Source: Alphaproteobacteria bacterium (lineage in GTDB: Bacteria > Pseudomonadota > Alphaproteobacteria > UBA828). Taken from it: DNA of 64,000 nucleotides. Of the stretch, positions 20,227-28,690 are shown piece after piece. The notes under the pieces are model-generated. The model was not told where the DNA came from, ran no database searches, and worked only from the letters and a program-made list of their open reading frames with translations. How positions within the stretch are numbered: position 1 is the stretch's first letter; the number at the start of each line of letters is the position of its first letter. The stretch is from NCBI GenBank assembly GCA_965242855.1, contig OZ251509.1, positions 2,513,648 through 2,577,647 on the forward strand, given 5' to 3'. Position numbers and translations under genes: made by a program.

Positions 20227-23200
20227 ATGTACTTCGACCGTCGGCTGTGGGCGTTCACCGAGGGGCTGCGGCGGCGCATCGCCTGGAGCGCCCTGCTCGC
20301 CCTCGCGTCGGCCGCGGCGGGGGTCGCGCGGCTGGCGGCGCTCGGCTGGCTGCTGGCGCGGGTTTTCCGCGGCGAGGGGCCGGACGGCCTGGTCGTTCCG
20401 CTGGCGGCCGTGGCCGCGCTCATGCTCGCCCGCGGCGCCCTCGAATATCTCTGCGCCATGGCTGCGCATCGCACCGCCGCCCTGGTGCAGCGCCGGCTCC
20501 ATGCGCGTCTCCACGACAAGATCGTCTCCCTCGGGCCCGCGCATTTCGACGAGCGGCGCTCGGGCGAGACCCTCCTCGCGCTGGTCGACGGCGTGGAGCA
20601 GCTGGAGACCTGGTTCGGCGCGTATCTTCCGCGGCTCTTCGTCGCCGCGGCCACCCCGTTCGGCATCTTCGCCTTCGTGGCCTTCCTCGATCTGCCGCTG
20701 GCCGGCCTCCTGCTCGGCTTCGCCCTGCTGACTCTCGTCGCCCCGGCCGCGTTCCACCGGTGGGACCGCAAATCGGCGGCGGCGCGGCAGGCGGCCTACG
20801 CCGCCTACGGCGCGGAGCTTCTGGATTCCGTGCAGGGGCTGGCGACCCTCAAGGCGTTCGGCCAGAGCGCCGCGCGCGGGCGCCTCCTCGCCGACAAGGC
20901 GCAGGCGCTCTTCCGCAGCACGATGTGGGTGCTGGCGAGCAACTCCGCGTCGCGGGGAATCGTCGACACGGGCATCGCCGTCGGCGCGGCGGCGGCCCTC
21001 GGCCTGGGCGCGGCGCGCGTCGCCGACGGGAGCATCGGCATCGAGGTCCTGCTCGTCGTCCTCATGATGGGGGTCGAGGTCTTCCGCCCCATGCGCGACC
21101 TGCGCGCGCTCCTGCATCAGGGGATGCACGGGCGCTCGGCGGCCGCGAGCCTGTTCCGCCTTCTCGACGCGGCGCCCGCCGTGGCGGACGCGCCCGGCGC
21201 CGCGGACGATCCCGGCCTCGCGCCGGCCCTCGCCTTCCAGGGCGTGCGCTTCGCCTATCCGGGCGGTCGGCGCCCGGCCCATGACGGCCTCTCCTTCGCG
21301 ATCGCGGCCGGGGAGCGGGTGGGCGTGGTGGGCGCGAGCGGCGCCGGCAAGTCGACGATCCTGCGCCTGCTGCTGCGGCTCGACGATCCGCAGGCGGGCC
21401 GCGTCCTGCTCGGCGGGCGCGATCTGCGCACGCTCCCGCGCGCCGCGCTGCGCGCCCGCTTCGGCGTCGTCAACCAGGACGCCTGCCTGTTCCACGGCAC
21501 GGCGGCGGAGAACATCCGCTTCGGCAAGCCGGACGCGCGCGCGGGCGAAGTGGAGGCGGCGGCGCGCGCGGCCAACGCCCATGAATTCATCCGCCGCCTG
21601 CCGCAAGGCTACGACACCGTGATCGGCGAGCGCGGGATACGCCTCTCGGGCGGCCAGCGGCAGCGCATCGCCATCGCCCGCGCCCTGCTCCGGGACGCGC
21701 CGATCCTGCTCCTCGACGAAGCCCTCTCCTCGGTGGACGCGGAGAACGAGGCGGCGATCCGGGAAGCTCTGGACCGGCTGATGAAAGGCCGGACGGTCCT
21801 GATCCTGGCGCATCGCCTGTCGAGCGTGATCGACGCCGACCGCATCCTCGTGCTCGCCGGCGGGCGCGTGGTCGAGAGCGGCCCCCACGACGCGCTGATG
21901 GCGGCGGACGGGGCCTACCGCCGGCTGATGGCGGAGCAGGCGCGGGACGGGCCGGTCGCGCCGCCGCCCGCCGCGCCCGCCGCGCCCGCCGCCCCGCCGC
22001 CCGAGGACGAAACGCCCGAGGACGAAACACCCGAGGGCGAAACACCCGCGCCCGCACCGCCTGCGCCCCGCGACGAGCTGCTGCGCGCCGCCGGCCTCGG
22101 CTGGTGGAGCGCGTGGGGCCGCCTGCTCCGCCTGGCCCGTCCCTTCCGCGGGCGCGTCGCCCTGGCCTTCCTGCTCGGCGTGGCGCGGGTGACGGCCTTC
22201 GTCGGCGTCGGCGCGGCGAGCGCGCTGGTGGTCGCCGGCATCAAGCAGCAGGCGCCGGTCGGCGAACTCCTGATCGCGCTCTACGCGCTGGCGCCGCTGG
22301 CCGGCCTCCTGCACTGGCTCGAATCCTGGGTCGCCCACGACATGGCCTTCCGCCTGCTGACCGACATGCGCATCGCCCTCTACGACAGGCTGGACTCCCT
22401 CGCACCGGCCTACCTCCTGCGCCGGCGCACCGGCGACGTCGTGAGCGTGGCGACCCAGGACGTGGAGCTGGTCGAATACTTCTTCGCCCACACGATGGCG
22501 CCGGCGCTGGTCGCCCTGCTGGTCCCGACGGCGGTCATGGCCGTGCTGCTGGTCCACGGCTGGCCGCTGGCGGCGGCGCTCGCCCCCTTCGTCGCCCTGG
22601 TGGGGCTGAGCCCGTTCCTCATGCGCAGGCGCCTGGACCGGCTGGCCGGCCGGGCGCGCGAGATGCTGGGCCTGCTCAACGCCCACGCGGTGGACACGCT
22701 CCAGGGCCTGACCGAGATTCTCGCCTTCCGCCAGGAGGCGGCGCGGCGGGCGGCGTTCCTCGCCGCCGTGGCGGCGCACCACCGCGCGCGGCTGCCCTAT
22801 TACCGCGACCTCACCCTCCAGACCGCCCTGATCGAGGCGGCGACGGGGCTGGGCGGCCTCGCCGTGGTGGCGGCCGGCGCCCACTGGAGCGCCGCCGGGC
22901 GGCTCGACGCGGCCCTGCTTCCCCTCCTCGCCATGCTGGCCATGGCCTCGTTCCTGCCGGTCTCCGAGATCGCCCATATCGGCCGCCAGCTCGCCGACAC
23001 CCTGGGCGCGACGCGGCGCCTCCACGCCGTGCACGACGCCCGCCCGGCGGTCGTCGACGGCCCGGGCGCACGCGGCGATGCGGACGCGCCGGCGCTCGAA
23101 ATGACCGACGTCGGCTTCACCTACGAGGGCGCCGCGCGGCCGGCGCTGCGCGGCGTCACCCTCTCCGTCGCCGCCGGGCGGGCGCTCGCGCTGGTGGGCC

Positions 23201-23835
23201 CCTCGGGCGCCGGCAAGACGACCGTCGCCCATCTCCTCATGCGGTTCTGGGACCCGTCCGAGGGAGCGGTCCGCCTCGAAGGCGTCGACATGCGCCGCTG
23301 GAGGCTCGACGACCTGCGCGCGCGGATCGCCCTGGTGTCCCAGGACACCTGGCTCTTCAACGACACGCTGCGCGCCAACATCCTGATCGCGCGCCCCGGC
23401 GCCTCCGAGCGGGCGCTCGCGGAAGCGGTCCGCCGCGCCGCCCTCGAGGAGTTCGTCGCATCCCTGCCGCAGGGCCTGGACACGCCGGTGGGCGAACGGG
23501 GGACCCGGCTCTCCGGCGGGCAGCGCCAGCGCGTCGCCGTGGCCCGCGCCTTCCTCAAGAACGCGCCGATCCTGATCCTGGACGAAGCGACCTCGCATCT
23601 GGACGCGGTGAACGAGGCCCAGGTGCGCCGCGCCCTGGCGGCGCTCATGGCGGACCGCGCCACCGTCGTCATCGCCCACAGGCTTTCGGCCGTCCGCGAC
23701 GCCGACCGCATCGTCGTTCTCGCCGACGGCCGCGTCGTCGAGGCCGGGACGCACGCGGCGCTGCTGGCGCGCGGCGGCCTCTACGCCCGCCTCGCCGCCC
23801 GCCAGCGCGGCGTCGCCGCCGGGCGCGGCCCGTGA
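20227..23835 (+). CDS. Fused ABC exporter (TMD-NBD-TMD-NBD, type I exporter), CydDC-like
   Basis: Two six-helix transmembrane domains, each followed by a nucleotide-binding domain. The first carries Walker A GASGAGKST and signature LSGGQRQR. The second carries Walker A GPSGAGKTT and signature LSGGQRQR. The halves are joined by an acidic PEDETPEDETPEGETP linker. Confidence 0.85.
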   Translation: MYFDRRLWAFTEGLRRRIAWSALLALASAAAGVARLAALGWLLARVFRGEGPDGLVVPLAAVAALMLARGALEYLCAMAAHRTAALVQRRLHARLHDKIVSLGPAHFDERRSGETLLALVDGVEQLETWFGAYLPRLFVAAATPFGIFAFVAFLDLPLAGLLLGFALLTLVAPAAFHRWDRKSAAARQAAYAAYGAELLDSVQGLATLKAFGQSAARGRLLADKAQALFRSTMWVLASNSASRGIVDTGIAVGAAAALGLGAARVADGSIGIEVLLVVLMMGVEVFRPMRDLRALLHQGMHGRSAAASLFRLLDAAPAVADAPGAADDPGLAPALAFQGVRFAYPGGRRPAHDGLSFAIAAGERVGVVGASGAGKSTILRLLLRLDDPQAGRVLLGGRDLRTLPRAALRARFGVVNQDACLFHGTAAENIRFGKPDARAGEVEAAARAANAHEFIRRLPQGYDTVIGERGIRLSGGQRQRIAIARALLRDAPILLLDEALSSVDAENEAAIREALDRLMKGRTVLILAHRLSSVIDADRILVLAGGRVVESGPHDALMAADGAYRRLMAEQARDGPVAPPPAAPAAPAAPPPEDETPEDETPEGETPAPAPPAPRDELLRAAGLGWWSAWGRLLRLARPFRGRVALAFLLGVARVTAFVGVGAASALVVAGIKQQAPVGELLIALYALAPLAGLLHWLESWVAHDMAFRLLTDMRIALYDRLDSLAPAYLLRRRTGDVVSVATQDVELVEYFFAHTMAPALVALLVPTAVMAVLLVHGWPLAAALAPFVALVGLSPFLMRRRLDRLAGRAREMLGLLNAHAVDTLQGLTEILAFRQEAARRAAFLAAVAAHHRARLPYYRDLTLQTALIEAATGLGGLAVVAAGAHWSAAGRLDAALLPLLAMLAMASFLPVSEIAHIGRQLADTLGATRRLHAVHDARPAVVDGPGARGDADAPALEMTDVGFTYEGAARPALRGVTLSVAAGRALALVGPSGAGKTTVAHLLMRFWDPSEGAVRLEGVDMRRWRLDDLRARIALVSQDTWLFNDTLRANILIARPGASERALAEAVRRAALEEFVASLPQGLDTPVGERGTRLSGGQRQRVAVARAFLKNAPILILDEATSHLDAVNEAQVRRALAALMADRATVVIAHRLSAVRDADRIVVLADGRVVEAGTHAALLARGGLYARLAARQRGVAAGRGP

Positions 23836-23968
23836 CGCCGCTCCCGCCGCCCGCGCTTGCGGGCAGGGCCGCGCCGGCGCAAGGAACTTGCGCCGGTCGA
23901 TCGCGCCGTCGATGAGCCGCGCGCGGTAGAGGCTGCGGATTTCCGGGGGTTTGGCGGGAGACAAGGCC

Positions 23969-24056
23969 GGTGCCCGCGCCCGGATTCGAACCGGGACGAC
24001 TTCGAGAAGTCGGCGGATTTTAAGTCCGCTGCGTCTGCCACTTCCGCCACGCGGGC
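23969..24056 (-). tRNA. tRNA-Leu (anticodon TAA)
   Basis: The reverse complement folds as follows. The acceptor stem pairs GCCCGCG with CGCGGGC. The anticodon arm pairs GCGGA with TCCGC around a loop of CTTAAAA. The long variable arm pairs CGACTTC with GAAGTCG. The T-arm carries GGTTCGAATCC. No CCA is encoded. Confidence 0.85.
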
Positions 24057-24096
24057 CCGGCGGACGATAGAAGCGCCCGCCCGCCACGGGCAAGAG

Positions 24097-24858
24097 TCAC
24101 CGGCGGGGCGGCGTCTCCGGCGCGCCGCCGAGTTCCCGCAAGGCGGCGCAAAGCTCGGAGGCGGCGCGGGCGAGCGCGTCTTCGTCCGTCCCGCGCAGGA
24201 CGAGCGTCGTGCCGAACGCGCCGTCGCGCACGAAGGGGTAGCTGCCGATCTCCAGCGCCGGGTAACGCGCCTGCAAGGCGGCGAGACGGGCCGCGACGTC
24301 GCCCTCGCCGAGCAACACCGCGACCTCGCGGGAGGCGACCCTGGCGCCCCCTTCCAGAGTCGGCGCGAGGGCGGCGAACATGCCGCGCATCACCGCCGGG
24401 ATGCCGGCCAGCACGTGGACGTTCTCGACGCGGAAGCCCGGCGCCCGGCTCACCGGGTTGTCGATCAGCTCGGCGCCCTCCGGCGTGAAGGCCATGCGCA
24501 TCCGGGCCTCGTTCAACGCCCGGCCGGAGCCGTCGTAATACGCCTCGAGGATGCGCCGCGCCTCGGGATTCAACGCACAGGCGCGGCCGAACGCCCTGGC
24601 CACCGCCTCGCAGGTGACGTCGTCATGGGTGGGGCCGATGCCGCCGGTCGTGAACACGTAGTCGTGGGCCGCGCGCAGCGCGTTCACCGCCGCCACGATC
24701 GCCGCCTCCTCGTCCCGCACCATGCGGACCTCGGCGAGGACGATGCCGAGCGCGGTGAGCCGGCGCGCGAGCCAGGTCACGTTCGCGTCTTCCGTGCGGC
24801 CCGACAGGATCTCGTTGCCGATGACGATCACGGCGGCGGTGACGGCGGCTTCCGGCAT
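24097..24858 (-). CDS. CinA-like molybdopterin-binding (MoCF_biosynth) domain protein
   Basis: Motifs IVIGNEILSGRTEDAN and GGIGPTHDD. The start at 24858 gives MPEAAVT. Confidence 0.7.
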   Translation of the reverse strand: MPEAAVTAAVIVIGNEILSGRTEDANVTWLARRLTALGIVLAEVRMVRDEEAAIVAAVNALRAAHDYVFTTGGIGPTHDDVTCEAVARAFGRACALNPEARRILEAYYDGSGRALNEARMRMAFTPEGAELIDNPVSRAPGFRVENVHVLAGIPAVMRGMFAALAPTLEGGARVASREVAVLLGEGDVAARLAALQARYPALEIGSYPFVRDGAFGTTLVLRGTDEDALARAASELCAALRELGGAPETPPRR

Positions 24859-25013
24859 GGCGCGGCTCTCGCTCGACGGCGGCGGGCGCGAAGGATAGAC
24901 CGCCCCGCCCGCCGCCACCACCGCTTGCGGCGAAGGCCGAAGCATGGCAGGCACGCTTCATGGACGAACGGCCTCCTTCCGCCGCGCGGGCGCACCGCCC
25001 CGGCCCGTGAATC

Positions 25014-25721
25014 GTGCGTTTCCCCGCCCCTCTGCGCCGCGCGACCCTGCTGCGGCGCTACAAGCGCTTCCTGAGCGACCACCGCCTGGCCGAGGGCGGC
25101 GGCGCCGTGACCGCCCATTGCGCGAACCCCGGCGCCATGACCGGCCTCGTCGATCCGGGGCTGGAAACCTGGCTCGCGCCGGCCGCCGACCCCCGGCGCA
25201 AGCTCCCTTACGGCTGGAAGCTGGTGCGGGCCGGCGGCGGCCTGGTCGGAGTCGATACGGCGCTGCCGAACCGGCTCGCGGAGGAGGCGATCGCCGGCGG
25301 CGCGATCCCGGCGCTCGCGGGCTATGACGGCATCCGGCGGGAGGTCCCCTTCGGCGCCCGCACCCGCATCGACCTTCTGCTCGAGGCCCGCGACCGCGCG
25401 CCCTGCTACGTGGAGGTCAAGAACGTCCATCTCGAACGGGACGGCGCGGCCGCCTTCCCGGACAGCGTCACCGCGCGCGGCGCGAAGCACCTGCGCGCAC
25501 TGGCGGCGGCGGCCGAAGGCGGCGCCCGCGCCGTGATGCTCTACGTCGTGCAGCGCGCGGACTGCGACCGCTTCACCCTCGCCGCGGACATCGACCCGGC
25601 CTATGCCGCCGCCTTCGCCGATGCGCGCGGGCGCGGCATCGAGGCGCTTTGCTACGCCTGCCGGCTGAACACGACGGAGATCGTCGTGGACCGCGCGCTC
25701 CCGATCGAATGGGAGCCGTGA
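25014..25721 (+). CDS. sfsA: Sugar fermentation stimulation protein SfsA
   Basis: Conserved SfsA N-terminus (ATLLRRYKRFLSD) and the expected length. Confidence 0.8.
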   Translation: MRFPAPLRRATLLRRYKRFLSDHRLAEGGGAVTAHCANPGAMTGLVDPGLETWLAPAADPRRKLPYGWKLVRAGGGLVGVDTALPNRLAEEAIAGGAIPALAGYDGIRREVPFGARTRIDLLLEARDRAPCYVEVKNVHLERDGAAAFPDSVTARGAKHLRALAAAAEGGARAVMLYVVQRADCDRFTLAADIDPAYAAAFADARGRGIEALCYACRLNTTEIVVDRALPIEWEP

Positions 25722-25816
25722 CCGCGCGCCTTGGAACGCCGGCCGATATGCGTAGAGTGCCGCGCGGCGGGCGCGCCTTCGGGCGCGCGCCGCCCCTGGC
25801 GAAACGGACGAGGCCG

Positions 25817-26668
25817 ATGGAGAGCGATCCGAGGCGCCCGCCTGCGCATCTCTCCGCCGCCGCGAGCGGGGCGCGCGGGCCCGAGCGGAGCGTCAAGCTC
25901 CACGGGCCGGACGCCTTCGCGGCGATGCGCCGGGCCGGGCGCCTGGCGGCGGAGGTGCTCGACGCGCTGACCCCGATGGTGGAGCCCGGCGTCGCCACCG
26001 AAGCCCTCGACCGCTTCTGCCACGACTACATCGTCGCGCGCGGCGCGGTGCCGGCGCCGCTCGGCTATCGCGGCTTCCCCAAATCGATCTGCACGTCGGT
26101 GAACCACGTCGTCTGCCACGGCATCCCCGGCGGCAAGCGCCTGCGGCGGGGCGACGTGCTGAACGTCGACGTGACGGTGATCCTCGACGGCTGGCACGGC
26201 GACACCAGCCGCATGTTCCACGTCGGCGCGCCGGGCGTGAAGGCGCGCCGCCTGGTCGACCTCACCTACGACGCCATGATGCGCGGCATCGCGGCGGCCC
26301 GCCCGGGCGCGCGGCTGGGCGACGTGGGCCACGCCATCCAGAGCCACGCCGAGGCCGCCCGCTGCGCGGTGGTGCGCGACTTCTGCGGCCACGGCATCGG
26401 CCGCATCTTCCACGACGCGCCGAACGTGCTGCACTACGGAACCCCCGGCACCGGCCTCGAGCTCCGCCCCGGCATGTTCTTCACCGTCGAGCCGATGATC
26501 AATCTGGGGACGCGGGAGGTCAAACTGCTCAAGGACGGCTGGACCGCCGTGACGAAGGACCGCTCCCTTTCCGCCCAGTTCGAGCACACCGTGGGCGTGA
26601 CCGAGGAGGGCCCGGAGATCTTCACGCTCTCGCCGCGCGGGCTGACGAAGCCGCCCTACGCCCTCTGA
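25817..26668 (+). CDS. map: Type I methionyl aminopeptidase
   Basis: Metal-binding and HGIG motifs (DFCGHGIGRIFHD). The ATG at 25817 gives MESDPRR. Confidence 0.9.
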   Translation: MESDPRRPPAHLSAAASGARGPERSVKLHGPDAFAAMRRAGRLAAEVLDALTPMVEPGVATEALDRFCHDYIVARGAVPAPLGYRGFPKSICTSVNHVVCHGIPGGKRLRRGDVLNVDVTVILDGWHGDTSRMFHVGAPGVKARRLVDLTYDAMMRGIAAARPGARLGDVGHAIQSHAEAARCAVVRDFCGHGIGRIFHDAPNVLHYGTPGTGLELRPGMFFTVEPMINLGTREVKLLKDGWTAVTKDRSLSAQFEHTVGVTEEGPEIFTLSPRGLTKPPYAL

Positions 26669-26679
26669 CCGCCGACGCG

Positions 26680-27369
26680 ATGACGGAGAAGCCCCACTAC
26701 CACGGCCATCGCGAGCGCCTGCGGCGGCGCTTCGCCAAATCGGGCGCCGACGCGCTGGAGGACCACGAGCTGCTCGAACTGCTGCTGTTCGGCGCGCGCC
26801 CGCGCGGCGACATGAAGCCTCTGGCGAAGAAGCTGCTCGCGCGCTTCGGCGGCGTCGGCGCGGTGCTGGGCGCCGACCGGACGGCCCTGAAGGAGGTGGA
26901 CGGCGCCGGCGAGGCGGTGGTCCACACGCTCAAGCTCGCCGAGGCGCTCGCGGTGAAGACCCTCGAGGACAAGGTGATGGAACGCCCGGTCATCGCTTCG
27001 TGGCAGGCGCTTCTGGATTACTGCCGGCTGCGCCTGGCGCACCGCCCGACGGAGCATTTCCGCGTGCTCTACCTGAACAACCGCAACGCCCTGATCGCCG
27101 ACGAGGAACAGCAGCGCGGCACCATCGACCGCGTGCAGCTCTACCCGCGCGAGGTCATCAAGCGGGCGCTCGAACTCGGCGCCGCCGCCGTGATCCTGGT
27201 GCACAACCACCCGTCGGGGGACCCGCAGCCCTCCCGCGCCGACGTCGACATGACGCGGGAGGTCGCCGCCGCCGGCGCCAAGCTCGGCGTCGCCGTCCAC
27301 GACCATCTGGTGATCGGCCGCGCGGGCCACGTCTCGTTCCGCAGCAAGGGCCTGCTGCCCGGCGGCTGA
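26680..27369 (+). CDS. radC: RadC-family JAB-domain protein (UPF0758)
   Basis: HhH N-terminal region and the JAMM motif HNHPSGDPQPS. Confidence 0.8.
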   Translation: MTEKPHYHGHRERLRRRFAKSGADALEDHELLELLLFGARPRGDMKPLAKKLLARFGGVGAVLGADRTALKEVDGAGEAVVHTLKLAEALAVKTLEDKVMERPVIASWQALLDYCRLRLAHRPTEHFRVLYLNNRNALIADEEQQRGTIDRVQLYPREVIKRALELGAAAVILVHNHPSGDPQPSRADVDMTREVAAAGAKLGVAVHDHLVIGRAGHVSFRSKGLLPGG

Positions 27370-27383
27370 CGGCGGCCAGCCCC

Positions 27384-28331
27384 CTACTCCGACCGGAACG
27401 CTTCGCGCAGGGCGGCGACGGCCTTCGCGTGGGCGCGGGCGGCGGCGTCCATGCGCGCGGTGGCGGTCCAGAAGCCGTGGATCTGGCCTTCGTATTCGAC
27501 GTATTCGGTGGGCACGCCGGCGGCCGCGAGCCTCTCAGCATAGGCGCGGCCTTCGCCCACGAGCGGGTCGTGGCTCGCGGTGACGACCAGCGCCGGCGGC
27601 AGGCCGCCGAGAGCGGCGGCGCGGAGCGGCGCGGCCGCCACGTCCGCCCGCTCTTCCGCGTCGTTGAAGTAGCAATCGAAGAACCACGCCATGGCCTCGG
27701 TCGTGAGAACGTAGCCCTCGCCGAAGGCCCTGTAGGAGTCCCCGTCCAGGCGGGTGTCGGTGACGGGATAGACCAGCAGCTGGAAGACGAGCGGCGGCCC
27801 GCCCTCGCGCCGGGCCCGCTGCGCCGTCACGGCGGCGAGGCAGCCGCCTGCGGAATCGCCGCCCACCGCGACGCGCGCCCGGTCGCCGCCGATGCGGGCG
27901 CAATTGTCGGCGACCCAGAGCAGCGACGCCCAGGCGTCGTCGGTCGGCTTGGGGAACTTGTTCTCGGGCGCCTTGCGGTAATCCACGGCGACGACGATGC
28001 ACCCGGCGCCCTTGCACAACGCGCGGCACACGTTGTCGTGGGTGTCGATGCTCAGCACGACGTAGCCGCTGCCGTGGAAATTGACGTAGACCGGGAGGGG
28101 AACCGCCGGGTCCGCGCCTTCCGGCCAGTAGAGCCGGAGCGGGATCGGCCCGTGCGGCCCGGCGACGGCGCGGTCTTCGACCCGCCCGACCTCAGGCCCC
28201 GGCGCCTGGAGCGCCATGACCTGCTCATGGAAGCCCGCCCGCACCTTGGCGAGCGGCAACGCCGCGAGCGGCGGCTTCTCCGCCGCGTTCATCTCGTCGA
28301 CGTATTCCCGAACCTGCGGATGCAAATCCAT
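27384..28331 (-). CDS. Alpha/beta hydrolase (esterase/lipase, HSL family)
   Basis: Oxyanion HGSGY motif and a GDSAGG nucleophile elbow. Confidence 0.75.
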   Translation of the reverse strand: MDLHPQVREYVDEMNAAEKPPLAALPLAKVRAGFHEQVMALQAPGPEVGRVEDRAVAGPHGPIPLRLYWPEGADPAVPLPVYVNFHGSGYVVLSIDTHDNVCRALCKGAGCIVVAVDYRKAPENKFPKPTDDAWASLLWVADNCARIGGDRARVAVGGDSAGGCLAAVTAQRARREGGPPLVFQLLVYPVTDTRLDGDSYRAFGEGYVLTTEAMAWFFDCYFNDAEERADVAAAPLRAAALGGLPPALVVTASHDPLVGEGRAYAERLAAAGVPTEYVEYEGQIHGFWTATARMDAAARAHAKAVAALREAFRSE

Positions 28332-28384
28332 CCCCCATCCTATCGCATACGGCGCGCGCCCGCGCGGGGCGCGAAAACATCTGA

Positions 28385-28600
28385 CATGGATTCCCGCTTT
28401 CGCGGGAATGACGGGGGAGGAGGTAGGAGCGACGGGGAAGGAGGCGGGAAGGACGGGGAAGGAGGCGCCGCGTCTCCTCGCGTCGATGGCCTTCCTCGGA
28501 CCGCCATTCCCCGCTTTCGCGGCGGCAGGCTCCGCGGGCGCGGGCCGTCGTCATTCCCGCCCTCTACATCCGTCATTCCCGCGCAAGCGGGAATCCAGGC
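28385..28600. repeat. Cluster of REP/MITE-like palindromic units and purine-rich direct repeats
   Basis: A first 20-nt palindrome ATTCCCGC-TTTC-GCGGGAAT lies at about 28389-28409. A second palindrome ATTCCCGCGCAAGCGGGAAT lies at about 28580-28599. GTCATTCCCGC occurs twice. The direct repeat GACGGGGAAGGAGGCG occurs twice. Confidence 0.55.
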
Positions 28601-28690
28601 GGCGCCCCGGTTTGCAACCGTCCTGGTTTGCAACATGGCGCTTCGGGCGTGGCGGGGGTATGGAACGGGCTCCCTCCCGCCGGAGCGCGC

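Noticed and set aside
21990-22050. 15-bp triple repeat gaggacgaaacgccc, a possible regulatory repeat
   Set aside because: It lies in frame within the ABC exporter and simply encodes the acidic PEDET linker.
20161-24093. 1472-aa minus-strand ORF spanning the ABC exporter region
   Set aside because: Only the last 161 aa, the PPOX-family protein, show real protein character. The rest is antisense to the ABC exporter gene.
28600-28640. Sigma-54 promoter reading of the duplicated GGTTTGCAAC boxes
   Set aside because: Spacing and sequence do not fit TGGCAC-N5-TTGCA. An operator or direct repeat is the more cautious reading.
28628-28690. Upstream TTG start for the restriction-modification gene, as given in the ORF track
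   Set aside because: The first in-frame ATG, at 28691, has a GGAG element upstream. The TTG-initiated 21-aa extension is unsupported.
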